From Paragordius varius (taxonomy: Eukaryota; Animalia; Nematomorpha): a stretch of 64,000 bases of DNA. The notes below the pieces were generated by a model. That model was not told the DNA's origin. It did not search any database and saw only the letters and a list, made by a program, of their open reading frames with translations. The DNA is taken from the NCBI GenBank assembly GCA_964247055.1, contig OZ176050.1, positions 14,322,001-14,386,000 on the forward strand, written 5' to 3'. Both the position numbers and the translations under genes were made by a program. Below are positions 35,394 to 48,974 of the stretch, piece by piece (the first letter of the stretch is position 1; every line of letters starts with the position of its first letter).

Positions 35394-37802
35394 GTTTTTA
35401 GATTTCAATGCTAAAATATATCGTTCTATACGGCTTAAACGTACATCACCTCTAAACATTACCCATATCAATTCCCAAAACAATTATGATGTTAATATTC
35501 AAACAAATGATTCCTTAAAAACTTTTAAAAATTTAAAAACTACACCATCGAACGTAATGAAGGTGGAATTACAAAATTCAATTTTATCATCACCCAATAA
35601 AGTTATAGAAAATAAAGATAATTCTACGAGCATCGTCGATAATTATAAAGGAGGAATAAATTTTTTTGTCCGACGTTTAAGTTTAAGCAGTTTTCGTAAG
35701 AAAAAACGAAATAAATCACCCGCCAATGTAAAACTAAACGTAAATGATAATTGCACAATGCGCTATACTGTGAATGATTCGAAAAAACGACTTGACGAAG
35801 GTTTAAGCATGGAAAAATCTACCGCGCTAACTGACCTGACTCAAATGGTTGGAAATAATCCTTCTGGTAATGTCTTTTGAATATATATATATATATATAG
35901 TAAACTCTTTCTTAAAGAATTTTTTATTAATTTACTTTTATTATAAGATGATGTTTTTTTTTAAAAAAAATTCTCAACGTTTAAAGTGGAGAGAATAGCT
36001 TATCATATACTTAAACTCGTATAAATAAGCATTCAAAAATTGAAAAAAATATACAATCAAAATTGAATATATACGGCAAAAGGTAACCATTTTCTAAAAG
36101 ACAACCCCATACTTTTTAAAACCCTAATATAGGCTATTTAGTTACAGTAATATATAGAATTGATTGTGTTAATAATATACATATATATAATCTATTTCAG
36201 ACTTTGCCATTTAGACCAATGCGTTACATTGATATAAATCAAGATTTAAAAAGTATGATTGGTTGTCTTTTAGAAAAAAATATTTGTCTTTATACTTTTA
36301 CGTTTTGTTCATCCGCATAATTTCAGTTTTTACATGTAATTTCAAGCAATTTTTTCAAATATTTTTGTAAAATAATACTTAATATTATATATTATTATTG
36401 TTAAAACACAAATGAGTTCGCGGGTATACAGTTTATAAGAATTTCTTTTTTTCTTTTTTTATGTTTAAAGGGTAAGGACTTAAATTGTATCTGGACAGTA
36501 AAGGCTATAACACTCTCCTGCATGTCCGAAAAAATTGCATAGTTTTGAGGTTTCAAACTCTGGCTATTTCGAATATATATATGAGCAATTAATGTTAATT
36601 TTCCTTGGATTTTACAGTTTAGACTGTAAAAACAACTATTTGCCTTAACATTGTTTGCTTGTTTATTGTCGCCGAAATTTGGAATGAATAATCAGAAAAT
36701 TTTCTTTGAAAAAAGATTACGTAGTAAATGATTTGGATTTGAAATTTTTCGCGGGCCGCTGAAATATACCATTTACAATTCGAATTCTCAAACCCTTGAA
36801 CAATTCAAATTGGCCCTAAAAATAAATTATGTGTTTTTGGGCAGCTAATATAACTCATCATTAATAAGAAATATATTCTTATGGCATAGTTTATTATTTT
36901 TTCAGTATTATATTAATTTTAAACGAAGTTTATCTTTTAGAAATGGAGGTAATTTTTAATCTTGACAAACCAAACCTTATTTATTTTTACGGTGAATTTT
37001 AATTGTTCAAGGAGGGTGAATTTGAATTGTTCAAGGAGGGTGAATTTGAATTGTAAATATACAACATTTTTATCGAACAAATTCTCTAATTATCAAAAAC
37101 TTTTACTAAATTTTTTCCATTTTCCATTTATATCAATTGTGTCTATAAATAAATTATCTTTCCTTTTTTTTCTATAAGAAACCATTTAACGCTAAAACGC
37201 CTAAAATCACATCTTTTAGATAATAATTTACAAACTAATATACGACATTCAACGACACAAATGCTAAAATCTCCAGCCCACGATATGTTACAATGGTGTG
37301 CAAATTTATTATTACTCAGTCAACCAACAAATAATGGTCACCTTGAACTTTTTAACAATTCTGCCAATATCAGCTATTACAATAAAAATAAAAATATTCT
37401 TAAATACCTGGATGCAATATATCAAAAGTTTTTGATTGATCCGGCTAGCGTTTGGGAAAATGGTGGCTCTTCTTCCACCAATCAGCGTCTGAGCTTTCAT
37501 CACGCCACTGAAGACCACGTGACCAAATCAGCTGATCATGATGGCGATAATAATAGCATTGTAAATTACTATGGTCACGGTGGATTAGATATATTTCGTG
37601 ATGGACGCATATTTGCATCCTTAATTAATATATACGCCCCTCATACCATGTGATTATTACATTTAGATTTTTTGATTTTATTTTTATTTTTCTAAAACCG
37701 TTTTTTATTTTTTATTTATATTATATTTCAAAATAACAGAAATATGAAGCATTTAACGCCGTTGAACATTACGGATAACTGTAAACTGGTAAAATTCTAA
37801 CA

Positions 37803-37835
<33 letters not shown>

Positions 37836-39891
37836 CCATTTGCACCTTTGAACACTCTAATAATTTATTTATTTTTGATTTTTTTAACAAGCTCATACCC
37901 TTATTCATTAGTATTTTTTTTCCATTTTAAATAAAATAAAGTATTTTGCTAATTTTTTCTAACAATATATAAAACAAAAAAAGTACAATCAATAACCCAC
38001 AAAACACATATATATACCATTTCTAAAATCACCCCTGAACAATTCAAATTCACTGGTGAAAACTTCAATTTCACCCTAAAAGAAATTTTATGTTTTTTGA
38101 AGATTAGATATTACCTATTTTTTTAATATAAAAACTGAAATTTTGTTTAAAATTAATATAATACTGAAAAAATCATAAATTTGGCTATCTGAGTATATTT
38201 CCATTATTGATAAGTTATATTAGCTGCCCGAAAAGACATAATTAATTTTTACGGAAAATTTGAATTGTTCAAGGGTTTGAGAATTCGAATTGTAAATGGT
38301 AAATTAAACTTCATTTAGATTAAAATAATTAAGATGTTTTTTTTTAAAAAAATTAATAGAAATACATATACGGCTATTGAATGCAAAAAAAGGTTGATAT
38401 TAAATACCGAGAATATTAAAAATGATAGGTGAAAATTTGAATTTTTTCCAATTTTTCGATTTTTTTTGAAATTGGGTGCATTAATTCAAATAGTATATTG
38501 TTTATAGTTTATAAAAGTTTGTTTGGGTTTGTGATAAAATTCTGGGGTATATAAAGCCAAAAAAAATAATTTTATTTTATTTAATCATATGTATTATCAC
38601 ACAATATTATATCTTTATATATATATATATATATTGAATAAAACAGATATATAATAGTTATTAAATTTAGAAATTTTTAAATTTTATATTATTTTTTTCA
38701 TGAAAAACATTCAAAAAAAGGTTTTTTCAGCCGCACATTCAATCGGCATTCCAGCCTTATTGGAACCTACAGATCTTTTACAGGCTGGTCCTTTAAATAA
38801 ATTGGCTATTATAACTTATTTGTACACGCTTAAAACATTTCTGGAAAAACGGCGAAGAAAATCAACTTTGAATCAGTCAAAACCACTAGAAGAAAATGCC
38901 TCCAGTTCTGTTGGTATATATTAGATTATTTTTGATTTTTTTGCCTCCTTATATAAATATATATATATATTTATACCTTTTACAGTTCAAACTCTCCCTT
39001 AAACAAATTAATTTCACCCTTAAACTGTTTAAATTTACCCCTAAACAATTCAAAATCAACCTACAATTAAAAATTACCTTTATTTTTAAAAACTTTAAAA
39101 TATTAAATTTTGTTAAAATTTAATAAAATTACTGAAAAAATAATAAGCTATGCCATGATATATTTCTTATTAATGAGTTATTATATTAGCTGCCCGAAAA
39201 CACATGATTTATTTTTAGGGTGATTTCGAATTGTTCGAAAATGAATTTGAATTGTAAATGGTATATTTTAAAACTAGGAAAAATTAAGGTGTAAAAAGTA
39301 TAGTGTTGTCTTTTGCAAAAAAAAGCTTGTCTCTTTATATTTTTACGTTATATGTCCGTATAATTTCGACGATATTTACACTTAGATATATCAAATACAT
39401 ATTCCCATCAACCATCTTTTACTGCAAAAACAACAAAATCACCACCCCTTAGTATTAACACAAATTTTGAAACTTTGGTTTGTGAATCTCTGGCTTATTT
39501 GAATCAAGAACACGTCAATACTACAATAAACCGCCCCCCTGCTCAAACATTTAGCGTTGAAAACGACGCGGCTTGGGTAGAATTCCCAGTTATAACTGAA
39601 ATGCCAAAACCTATTAGGGCTTTTTCTTCTCAGCTAAATCTTGCTGCGTCTGAAAATGGTAATGAAAATGGTATCTTAGAAATTACTGGTGATAAAACAG
39701 AACCTAAAAGCAATATCAACTCCTTGACTGGTTCATTCACGGGGGGAGGTATCCAATTTTTGAAATTAACCTACAAAAATTAAATTATACGGATATAAAA
39801 CGTATAAATATAAAGACAGATTATTTGTTCTTTTAAAAGATAACATCATACTATTCATTTCTTGATACATTTATTTAATACCTATCGTTTT

Positions 39892-39931
<40 letters not shown>

Positions 39932-42900
39932 AACAATAAATTTTAAAAAAGTATGGTGGTTGGTTTTTGAAAAAAAAATATTTTTCTTTATTACGTTTTT
40001 ACGTTATGTCCGTATAATTTTAAATTTTACTACTTTTTTTTAAAATAATTACATTGGATACATTTTTAACAAATTATCTTTTTTTCCTGCATTAATTCAA
40101 ATTTATTGTTTTAACACTTTTTTATTACTCGGTTATTTTTGGCTTTAATGTTGGGTTCATATCTGGGTTTTTTTTATTTTTTTTAAAAAAAATCTTTTTT
40201 CCACATTATTTTGTATGCATAATTTTTACAAATTTTTATTGCTATTTTTTCGTTTTATTAGTTTTTAAAATAATAAGATAATATAATAATAAATTAAAAT
40301 TAATTAACTAAATAAATATTATTTATAAAAAGTATGGTTGTTGTAAAATATATTTGTCTTTATATTTTTACGTTTTATCCATAGTATAATTATAATTCTA
40401 TTGTTGTTAGAAAATCAAAAACCACCCGAAATAGCGAACAAAGTGAATAATGATATTAATAATTCATTTGCTTCGTTGAGAAATACTCTGCCTTACAATA
40501 GCTTACGGGCTTATAAGGAATCCAGGCTATCCCATGATAAATCAAGCCTACACGCAATGCCCCAATATAAATGCAAGGTTTTATTTTTGGATTTGTTTTA
40601 ATTGTTTAAATTTTAATTTTACGAGTTTTTAAACGGCTAAAACTGTAGAATTGTAACTGGTATGTAGTTATTTATGGTTATAACTGATTAATTTTGAGAT
40701 AAAAAACATTAAGGTATAGATTGAAACAAAAATTGTAAATACCGATTTTGTTTTAAAGAAAGAAGGATATAAATTTGATTATTTGAATATGAAAAAAACT
40801 ATAGCTTTGGGGTGAATATGGAATAAAGAGTTTGAAATTTATTTTTAAACAACAATTTATAAAGGTTATTAAATAAATCAAGCTTTAAAATGATAATGTG
40901 ATTCTTTAAGTAAAATATTTATTGTCTTTTGGTTCTTACATTTTTTCTTAATTATATTTTTTAACTGGGTTCTTAAAAGCGGTTATATATGCGTTTTTAC
41001 TCCATACAAGTTTATTGGCCAATCTCCTAAATTATAAAAATTTATTTGATATAACAGATTTTTAAAAATTTGCCCATTTTAGAAGAAACCAAATATCAAC
41101 AACAATAATAGTAGTCCGTATTTTACAACAATTTTAACACCTCGTGAACAGGAATTGAAATTGAAAGCCGCTCGACTTATACAGGAAGCCAGATCTAAGG
41201 CATTAAATTCTCATAAGCAACAAGAAAAATCAGTTTTTCAAAACTCTTTAAAAGATCTTAATTCCCCCAAAAAATCGATTGAAAAATTTGAGTCTGAAAA
41301 TGAATTTTATAATCAAAAGAATGAACTAAATTCCACACCCAAGTCAGAGTTAACTAATGACAAAGAAGGTGAAAATGCTATACCACCAAATGACGAAAGT
41401 AATAATATTTCAGTTATATTGCAAAAGGGAAATATGTAAAGTAGAGTTTTTAAAAAAGTGCCTGGATTTATGATAAATTTCGACCTAATAGAGACCCTTT
41501 TTTATTTTTATTATACGTAGCTAATGCGATTTGGGGTTAATATAGGAGTCAAAGGTTACTTAACATCCTCTTATTAGATAAGCACACGTAATTTTAAAAG
41601 GAAATTATTTATTTATAGTGTTATATTATATTGTCCATTGGTTCTGCACATTTCGCTCATTTCTTAGGTAATATATGAATGCCGGGCCACAAAAACCGAT
41701 TAAATCTTTTGCGGCAAACCATTCGTCAAGCCATTTTCCAACGTTTTTGAAGGCTGTTCTGCAAGTTTGCCCCTTTGATGTGGTGCACCAGGCCAGGAAA
41801 GTTCAGCGAATGCGGAAAAATTTCCATCAAAGCGGTTTTAAGGTGTCTTTCACTTGTTTTGCGGTGTGAAGAGGGATTGTGATGTAGAAAAAATTTTTTT
41901 CCATGTTAACTGGCTAATCCAGGTCGTATTTCGTTTAATGTATGGTTTCAATAAAGTATTTATTAGTGTTAATGTTGAGTTGTAACAATTTCACAGGACT
42001 CGAAAAGTTTATATGCACCATATTGCTCTGGTACCAAAACGAGAGCATGGTTTTTTTACCGAAGCGATGTTGCCGTATTTTCGATGAACCGCTGGCAAGA
42101 AGAAGCACGACTTTTCCACTTTTTTACAAATTATAGCCATTAGTAATCACTCTTCTCAATTCAATAGATTTCTTTACATGAAGAAGCATGATTTCACAAG
42201 TCACTTTGCTATTTTCCTTTGACGTTCATTCAAACTTTGTAAGACCCATTTACCAATTTTGTTGATTTTTCCATTGCTCGTAGACGTCTACTAATAATTT
42301 TTTGTTATAGATCTGCCAATTGTTGTTAAGTTTGAGTTGGGTTATTATTCAATAACTCTTGCACTTTGGTCTACTACTAGAGCGCCCACACTCTTTCAGA
42401 CGTGTGTATCGATAGAGCATGTTCACCATATTCCTGCCCTTTTAACTTTACAAAATTTTTCCCCTGATGGCAATGCGTGTCGCAAACGCTCTTTTTTAGA
42501 TATAAAAATCGATATGATTACTACAAGTGATAGCTTTTTGTGAACTCAACTTGATGTTTATTGTTCGAAGTTAAATGAACAAAATGGGGTATATATCAAA
42601 TTAACCGTCTGCGTACCATCTGACGTATTTTTTTAATTACGGTAATGATATATCAAAACACCTGGTATAATGTTAAAATAAAGATATAATAAGGAGAGTT
42701 TTCTCAAATATTAATATATATTATAAAGATGAATATTGGTAACACACTTAATTTATATTTCAGTATTGTGATTATATAAGTTTACAAGCATCACACAAAT
42801 ATGGTATAAAATAAATGTCATCTTTTATTTTACCTTAAGATGTTGATTTTACTGTATTTTCATGCACTTTAATACCAAATAATTAATTTTTTACTTTACC

Positions 42901-45900
42901 TATTTTGTCGCGTTTTATACTTTTATTTTCTTACAATTTATGTAGTAGCACATTCAAACGAAAATGATAACTCCTCGTCATCAACGACAGTACCGTTTCC
43001 CATTAAATATTATCAATCTTTCCGGCTTAAGGTAAGACCAGATTTCGATTACCAATATACGGATAGCCATGTTGAATTAAATTGTTGTGATATAGAACCG
43101 GGCGCTAAAATTATCGCTCAACCCGAAGAGATGTTAATGTCTAACAGCAATAATAAAAATTATAAAAATTTTAAAGATTTTAAAACAACGCCTTCACGTG
43201 AAAAAAGTGTAATGTTAACAAGTACACCTTATAATGCCAACAATCCTGGACCATATAATAATCAAGATTTAAACACGGATGACCAAACTGGTACAACATT
43301 GTATGAAACTCCAAGGGCTAAATTATCTCAAGAAAAGTCCTCTCCTAAGAGTTTAAAGTTTGCAATAAGCAATAATAATAATAATAATTTTGAAAACAAC
43401 GTGAATAAAAATGAAAGTAAACAGCCTTTCTCGTCTCTTGTGGAAAAATTTGATGCTGAACAAAGTCCTGTTGTAATTAATGATTCTACCCTCTTATTAT
43501 TGGATGATACGTTTAAACTAAACACATCCCTTAATCAAAATGCAAATGGTAATATGTAGCTTTTTATGGAAAATTATAAATTTAAAATTACTTTTTTATA
43601 TTAATACAATAGATCCCTGGAAAAAAATGCTAAAAACTTGTGGATTTATAAATTTATAACTATCAATGATTGGTATACATATATAAAGGCTATCTATATA
43701 GCATATTTTGGTGAAAAAATTTTTGTATATACCAAACATAAGGTACTTAATTTACTAAAACAAAGGACTGGAATATCAGTATTTCTTTTGTCCGCAACCA
43801 AAATTATTCGAAAAAAATGTCGTATTTATAAAAGTCGTTGGTAGAAAAAATTGGGCACAGTTGCCCCCCCCCCAAAAAAAAAAAGTTTAAAATTTTTTAT
43901 TGTAAAACGCAAAATATATAAATAATTTTTTTTGATATTTTCTTAGACAATACTACTACTTCATTATCCCCTACTTGTCAAAATCAATTTGTCACATCTG
44001 CTGATTCTAATAAAATTGACAATGAGAATATAAATTATTCCTGCCATAATGAAATTGCATTCAATGTTAATTCTACACAAACAACAGAAATCATTACTCC
44101 AAACAAGTGTGAAAAAAATATTGAATTATATACCACATCTGAAAATAAAACCGCCACACCTGAAAATATTGTAGGAAATTTCGATTCGAATTTAAATAAT
44201 AAGCTTGACAATAAAACTATATCATCATCGATTGATAGTATAGAGGATACTACACACATGTTAGATCGTATAAATGAAATTATTGAATCTTCTGTGTTAA
44301 GATCTCAATTACAACAAGACCAAGATCAAGAACAACCATTTTTAAATCAAACTAATAAACATATTCAACAACTAGAAAATGAATTATTCTTTTCCAGACA
44401 ATTAGAAAATATGGAAAATATGTCGTCTACTACGAGTAAAGATGATAAATCATTTGCAATAATGAAAGAAAAGCGAAAAATTATACAACATAATAGATCT
44501 CAAAGCCATGGTGGTGTAATTGAAATGGTTAAAAATGTGCATTTAATCCACGCAAATGATAAATGCCCAAGTAAAGCTTCTACACTACAAAATGGAGGAA
44601 TCCAAGGTATTATTTTTGCGTTATTTTTTTGAAAATATATATCAAATGATATGGCGTATTTTTAAAATAATGGTAAATTTTTGAAGGGATTTAATAATTA
44701 CAAAAAAACTAATTGGAGCACTATACTGTTTTTTTATAATTGGGAAAAATAATAAGGGTTACTATGGCCTAAAAGGTGTTTGAATTGAATGATTTATTTA
44801 GTTATAAAAATTTTAAAACCGATAACAGTTTATAGGTTTTACAATGCTATATACGGGTTAACTTTTGTATGTTATGATATCAATTCTTCACAAGGTTATG
44901 AATTGTGGATAATTAAATTTTTTTAATAATTACAGTAGCGTATGGCATAAAACAATATTAGTCCATAAAAGAATAAAAAAATGTTTTTTAAAAAAACAAG
45001 GGGATATTATGGAGATGTGTTATATACAACTAGGCCTTTTTTTAAAAAAAAACATTTTTTAATCTTTTATGGACTAATAATGTTTTATGCCATACTCTAC
45101 TGTAATGACCTTACACCACTATTTCCATGCAATTGTTTAATTTAATTAATTTTTTTTATTACAATATATTGTCTTATATGCTATAATTTAAAACACTCTA
45201 AACGTCTCTATACTTAAAATAATTTTTAAAACACTAAAAATATATCATTTTTAAATTTATTTTGTTTTATCCAACCTTTTTCCCATTAATATTTTGCATC
45301 TGTTTCGCTTTTTTAATAATTTAATATAATATATATATAATACATATCTTCATTGGATTTTAATATTTTAAAAAAAATAATAATTTTCTAGATGATTCGA
45401 CGTATGAAAAGCGAGCTTTAACCAAGTCAGAAAGCTCATCATCTACCAATACCATGTATTTATCCTTTTTATTTAAATAATTTACTTTTAGAGAAATATA
45501 TTATTTACTAATTTTTGTTTTTTTTTTGAAATGTAAAATATTATACGCAGGAATTTTGATTCAATTTTGTTTTAACAAAAAATTACGGTATTGACTTTAA
45601 TTTTAATTACATAGGTGTTTGCGATCTGTATTAACAGGTGTATATGGTGTGAATTTTGTTTAATCACTAATAGATTTTGACTTTTTTATCATGGTTAATG
45701 GTTTTTATTATACTAACTAAATAAAATGTAAATTATGGACTATATATATATATTAACTGTTATAAAAATGCTATAATTACTGATTTGTAAAATAAAGTTT
45801 TTTTCTAACTTTGATTATTATCGTATATACCAATTTAGTGACCATTATTTAGAGGTTGACCTGCGAATCATGAGAAGAGTTTGATTAGTTAATTACGTTT

Positions 45901-48152
45901 TAAATTTATTGTAAATGCTATATTGTATTGTAAGATTTTAATCATATTTGTATTAATTTATATTCAAATAAATATCTTGAAACCTAATACAACTTTTTTT
46001 TGTTATACTAACACATTCTTAGTGTCATTTTACACATGTGTGGTTACACCGAATAAATCGATCAAATATTAAAATAATAATTATATATGCAATTATAATT
46101 CAGCTAAAATTGTAAAAATTTATTATAATATTTCGATTATTACTACAAGTGATTTTTGTCAAACGTATTTTCATATATAATAATACAATCACACTTCAGC
46201 GTAAACAATATCCAATAATTAAAATAATATAATTACAATTTTTTACTGTAAATTGTAAAATTTGTATAAAACAGTGATGTTGAGGAAAGAAGATTGGAAC
46301 AAAGGTATGATGAGTTGAAGGCCGATTTACAAGCAATTATGCACATTCCTGGTAACATAAATTTATTCATTTTATTAATATAAAAAGTATATCAGTATTG
46401 ATTTTTTAAAAGTTAGTGATATAAGTAAATAATTTTGTAAGTTTTATACATTTTATCAACGGACATAATTTGTATCGGGAGAATTATTATAATTTAATAA
46501 TAACGATATCTAAATTAAAGCGTTTTCATCACTCAAAAATTTTAATTTTTGTAAATTATTATATAGATATGAGTATTAAAACTTTTTATTTATAACGAAT
46601 GCCATGGGAATTAATTTTTAGCCATGGCCGTGTAAATTTAACGGGATATATACATTAAATTCTAATCTAAATTTTATATTAATTCTTTTTTGACTAATGA
46701 TTATGTGTTAATCAATTTATTTTTAAGACTATGGAAAAACAGACGTTCACCTTTTCAATCTAATGAATGAAATTAATAATTATTTAATACTTTTTTATGA
46801 TAAAAACCAAAAGATAGGAATTAAACTGTAAGACATAATTATTAGAGTTTATCTCGAAATTAATGCATCCAATGCTTATATATGAGCAAAATTTGATGAT
46901 AGAGAATGGATAATTACTACCTAGCTATAACATTTTAATTGCTAATACATTTTCGATAAAATCTGCCCGAAAAAAAATCGATTTCCATTTATTGATGCAG
47001 TTTTGTTTTATTTCCATTTATAAAACGTTTTTTTAATTAATAATATATTTCAATAACGAAATAACTCTATTTGATAATTTTTATTTTCGAATTGAGTTTT
47101 ACGAGATTTTTCATGTGTTAAATCAAAAAAAGTTTTATTCCTATATTTTATTGCATAGAAAATGAAAAAACTTCCGAGATTTTAGCCAAGGAACATGCAT
47201 TAATGGATCAACTTGTTGAAGTTGTTGATTTAAGGGATAAACTGGTGCAATTACATGAGGATTCTGGGGACTCGCTTATGTATGGGGATATTAAATATTT
47301 TCTAATCAATTTTTTAAAAGGGTTACTTAAATATTTCATATAATTTACAGTAAAAATAAACTTTTATTTTTTTTCTAATTTATTATATATAATGGAGTAT
47401 TTTACAATCATATATCTCCCCATATTTAACTACTCAGTTTTTTATTTTTTATAAAATAAAGATTTAAAATTATGTTGTTAACACAAAAAAGTCACATTTA
47501 GTCTTTTAGTTTTTACATTTTGTCTTTTATCATTTCTAGCAATAAACGGTCCATTAACTTTTCCGACATTCCTGGCCACACCGGCAGCAATACACTAAAC
47601 AATGGTGTGACAACATTCATGAAATCTTCCAAAAATATGTTTTACAACAGTCTTCCGCGCCCCTTAGCTAAACGGATCGGTGAACAAATCTTATCATCAT
47701 CTATATTACAATATCCTCGGGGTTCAATTTTATCCCAAAACAACGGCAAGCATACTTCTTGTACTAATGTAGACGAAAAAAAGCAAAATTCAAGGCTAAA
47801 TGAAAATTCTACAACAACTGTTTCCCATAATAATGAACAAACGTTTGGAACCAACATTGCCCAATTACTCCAGGATTTACAGAATGATTCAACCGACTTA
47901 CCTCAAAGTTTAAACTGGCAAAATGACAGCTCTTCTACTACTACTCAAAAAGACTTTAAAAACCACCAAAACCAACCATATTTAACATCTCAAAGGGGGA
48001 GTCGACCTTCGATTACACCAAATCATTTTAATATGTTGAGCGGAGATACGAAAGAAACTGAAAATTCATTTAGCCTGGGGAATGGTGGGACAACAACGCT
48101 ACCCGCTAATTTAACCAACTTTTTTAAGCGTGGACTTGAAGGATTTATATGA
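29562..48152 (+). CDS. EHBP1: EH domain-binding protein 1-like (NT-C2, NPF, CH, partial bMERB), ~1760 aa; exons 29562-29662, 29688-29745, 29829-29981, 30873-31126, 32118-32512, 33679-33882, 35402-35866, 37220-37649, 37740-37788, 38721-38913, 39386-39748, 40411-40577, 41083-41398, 42949-43548, 43947-44606, 45392-45455, 46275-46351, 47159-47279, 47540-48152
   Basis: NT-C2: MSIWKKMNRSGSKAVKFKF..., PDKVCLIW, WEPSIENAYKGVIHWPVPE. NNPF motif near 32310. CH domain: MLQWC...FRDGRIFASLI...GIPALLEPTDL...KLAIITYL. ELKLKAARLIQEAR. bMERB-like RLEQRYDEL...EKT...LMDQLVEVVDLRDKLV. All 18 junctions are GT-AG with compatible phase (5283 nt); low-complexity middle exons and the 41398, 42949 and 45455 junctions are less certain. 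Confidence 0.88.
30419..30736. mobile_element. MITE family A (EHBP1 intron 3)
   Basis: aaaattgaaattatacgga...; right end ttttactg|ta. Confidence 0.7.
31242..31550. mobile_element. MITE family A (EHBP1 intron 4)
   Basis: gtaaaaattgaagttatatgga ... gtccgtataatttcaattcttactg|ta. Confidence 0.75.
31830..32097. mobile_element. MITE family B (EHBP1 intron 4)
   Basis: cccttgaacaattcaaattcac ... gagggtgaattt...aaatggtata; ends about 20 nt before the exon 5 acceptor. Confidence 0.7.
32763..33033. mobile_element. MITE family B (EHBP1 intron 5)
   Basis: ataccatttacag ... ctgtaaatggcata; core gctgcccgaaaacac. Confidence 0.75.
34054..34503. mobile_element. MITE family A, complete copy 34054-34368 plus duplicated right end 34385-34503
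   Basis: TA|CAGTAAAAACTAAAATTATACGGACA ... TCCGTATAATTTCAATTTTTACTG|TA, right arm present twice. Confidence 0.8.
35058..35348. mobile_element. MITE family A (EHBP1 intron 6)
   Basis: gtaaaaattgaagttatacggg ... tgtccgtataatttcaattttt. Confidence 0.75.
36058..36336. mobile_element. MITE family A (EHBP1 intron 7)
   Basis: aaaattgaatatatacgg ... catccgcataatttcagtttttac. Confidence 0.65.
36763..37043. mobile_element. MITE family B (EHBP1 intron 7)
   Basis: tataccatttacaattcg ... tandem ttgttcaaggagggtgaatttgaa ... ttgtaaatata. Confidence 0.75.
38012..38300. mobile_element. MITE family B (EHBP1 intron 9)
   Basis: tataccatttc ... cgaattgtaaatggta; reverse orientation of the 36763 copy. Confidence 0.75.
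38972..39264. mobile_element. MITE family B (EHBP1 intron 10), followed by a family A right arm to ~39370
   Basis: tataccttttacagttcaaa ... gaattgtaaatggtata. Confidence 0.75.
39775..40031. mobile_element. MITE family A with internal (TA)n (EHBP1 intron 11)
   Basis: aaaaattaaattatacgga ... gtccgtataattttaaattttact. Confidence 0.7.
41600..42666 (-). mobile_element. Degenerate mariner (Mos1/mauritiana-like) transposon in EHBP1 intron 13
   Basis: Broken transposase peptides EHALSI, GKINKIGKWVLQSLNERQ, VTCEIMLL, RFGKKTML and GIHILP align by eye with Mos1 (GKIQKVGRWVPHELNERQ, TCEILL, RFGKKTML, GIHKLP). The end TA-CCAGGTGT at 42666 resembles the Mos1 TIR start. Confidence 0.85.
44933..45102. mobile_element. 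MITE family E (TA|CAGTAGCGTATGGCATAAAACA..., ~170-190 bp)
   Basis: Long TIRs with TA flanks; second copy at 57576-57762. Confidence 0.8.
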
Positions 48153-48974
48153 TGATTTCTTTTGATTTTTAAATGTAAATAGATTAATTAATAATCTTAG
48201 CTTTACGCAATACTTAAATTCTTGTTATTCTCTATAAATAAAACGCTTCTATAATGATGTACAGCAAATTATATGTATTTTTTTTACTTAGATGGAATAG
48301 TCTTTTCATGTATTTTATACATTTAAGCAAATATGTATGTCGCTATTTTATGTAGAAAGTCTAGTATTTTATATATTTTTATGCTACCAATCAGCTTATT
48401 TGATAAAAATGTAATATGTATTTTGATTATATATATATATATATATGTATAACCCTATCCCTGTATTATAATATATATTTCAGCCTATTTATATCTTCAA
48501 TAAATTTAATATTTAACATAAATTGGATGAATGGTTGGCTAATTATGAATATCCGAAAATATGATGAGACCCCAGATCTTGAAATTCAATATGAAATTTG
48601 TTTTGCGCTTAATATAGAGCTTATGATATATTTAAATAATATTTTTTAGAATGAAGCATCAACCTTGCACAGAAATATATATTTTGCAAAAAGTGCACAG
48701 ATTTTGCCATTTAATATGGGCATTTACCAAATAAGTGATTTAAACTATCCTAACAACTTGTAACAAAACTAAAATCACCATAAAAATTCTCATACATTTT
48801 TTATTTGAATTTATTTATTATTATCAAGATATTTTTATAACAGCCCCATTTTAAACACTGTTGGTTAAGTCGCCAATTATATTAACGAGAGAAAAAATTT
48901 TTAATATTGGACAAGAATACGGAACCTGATCCAAATTATTTCAATATAATATCTAGCAGGGTTTAGTATACTTT

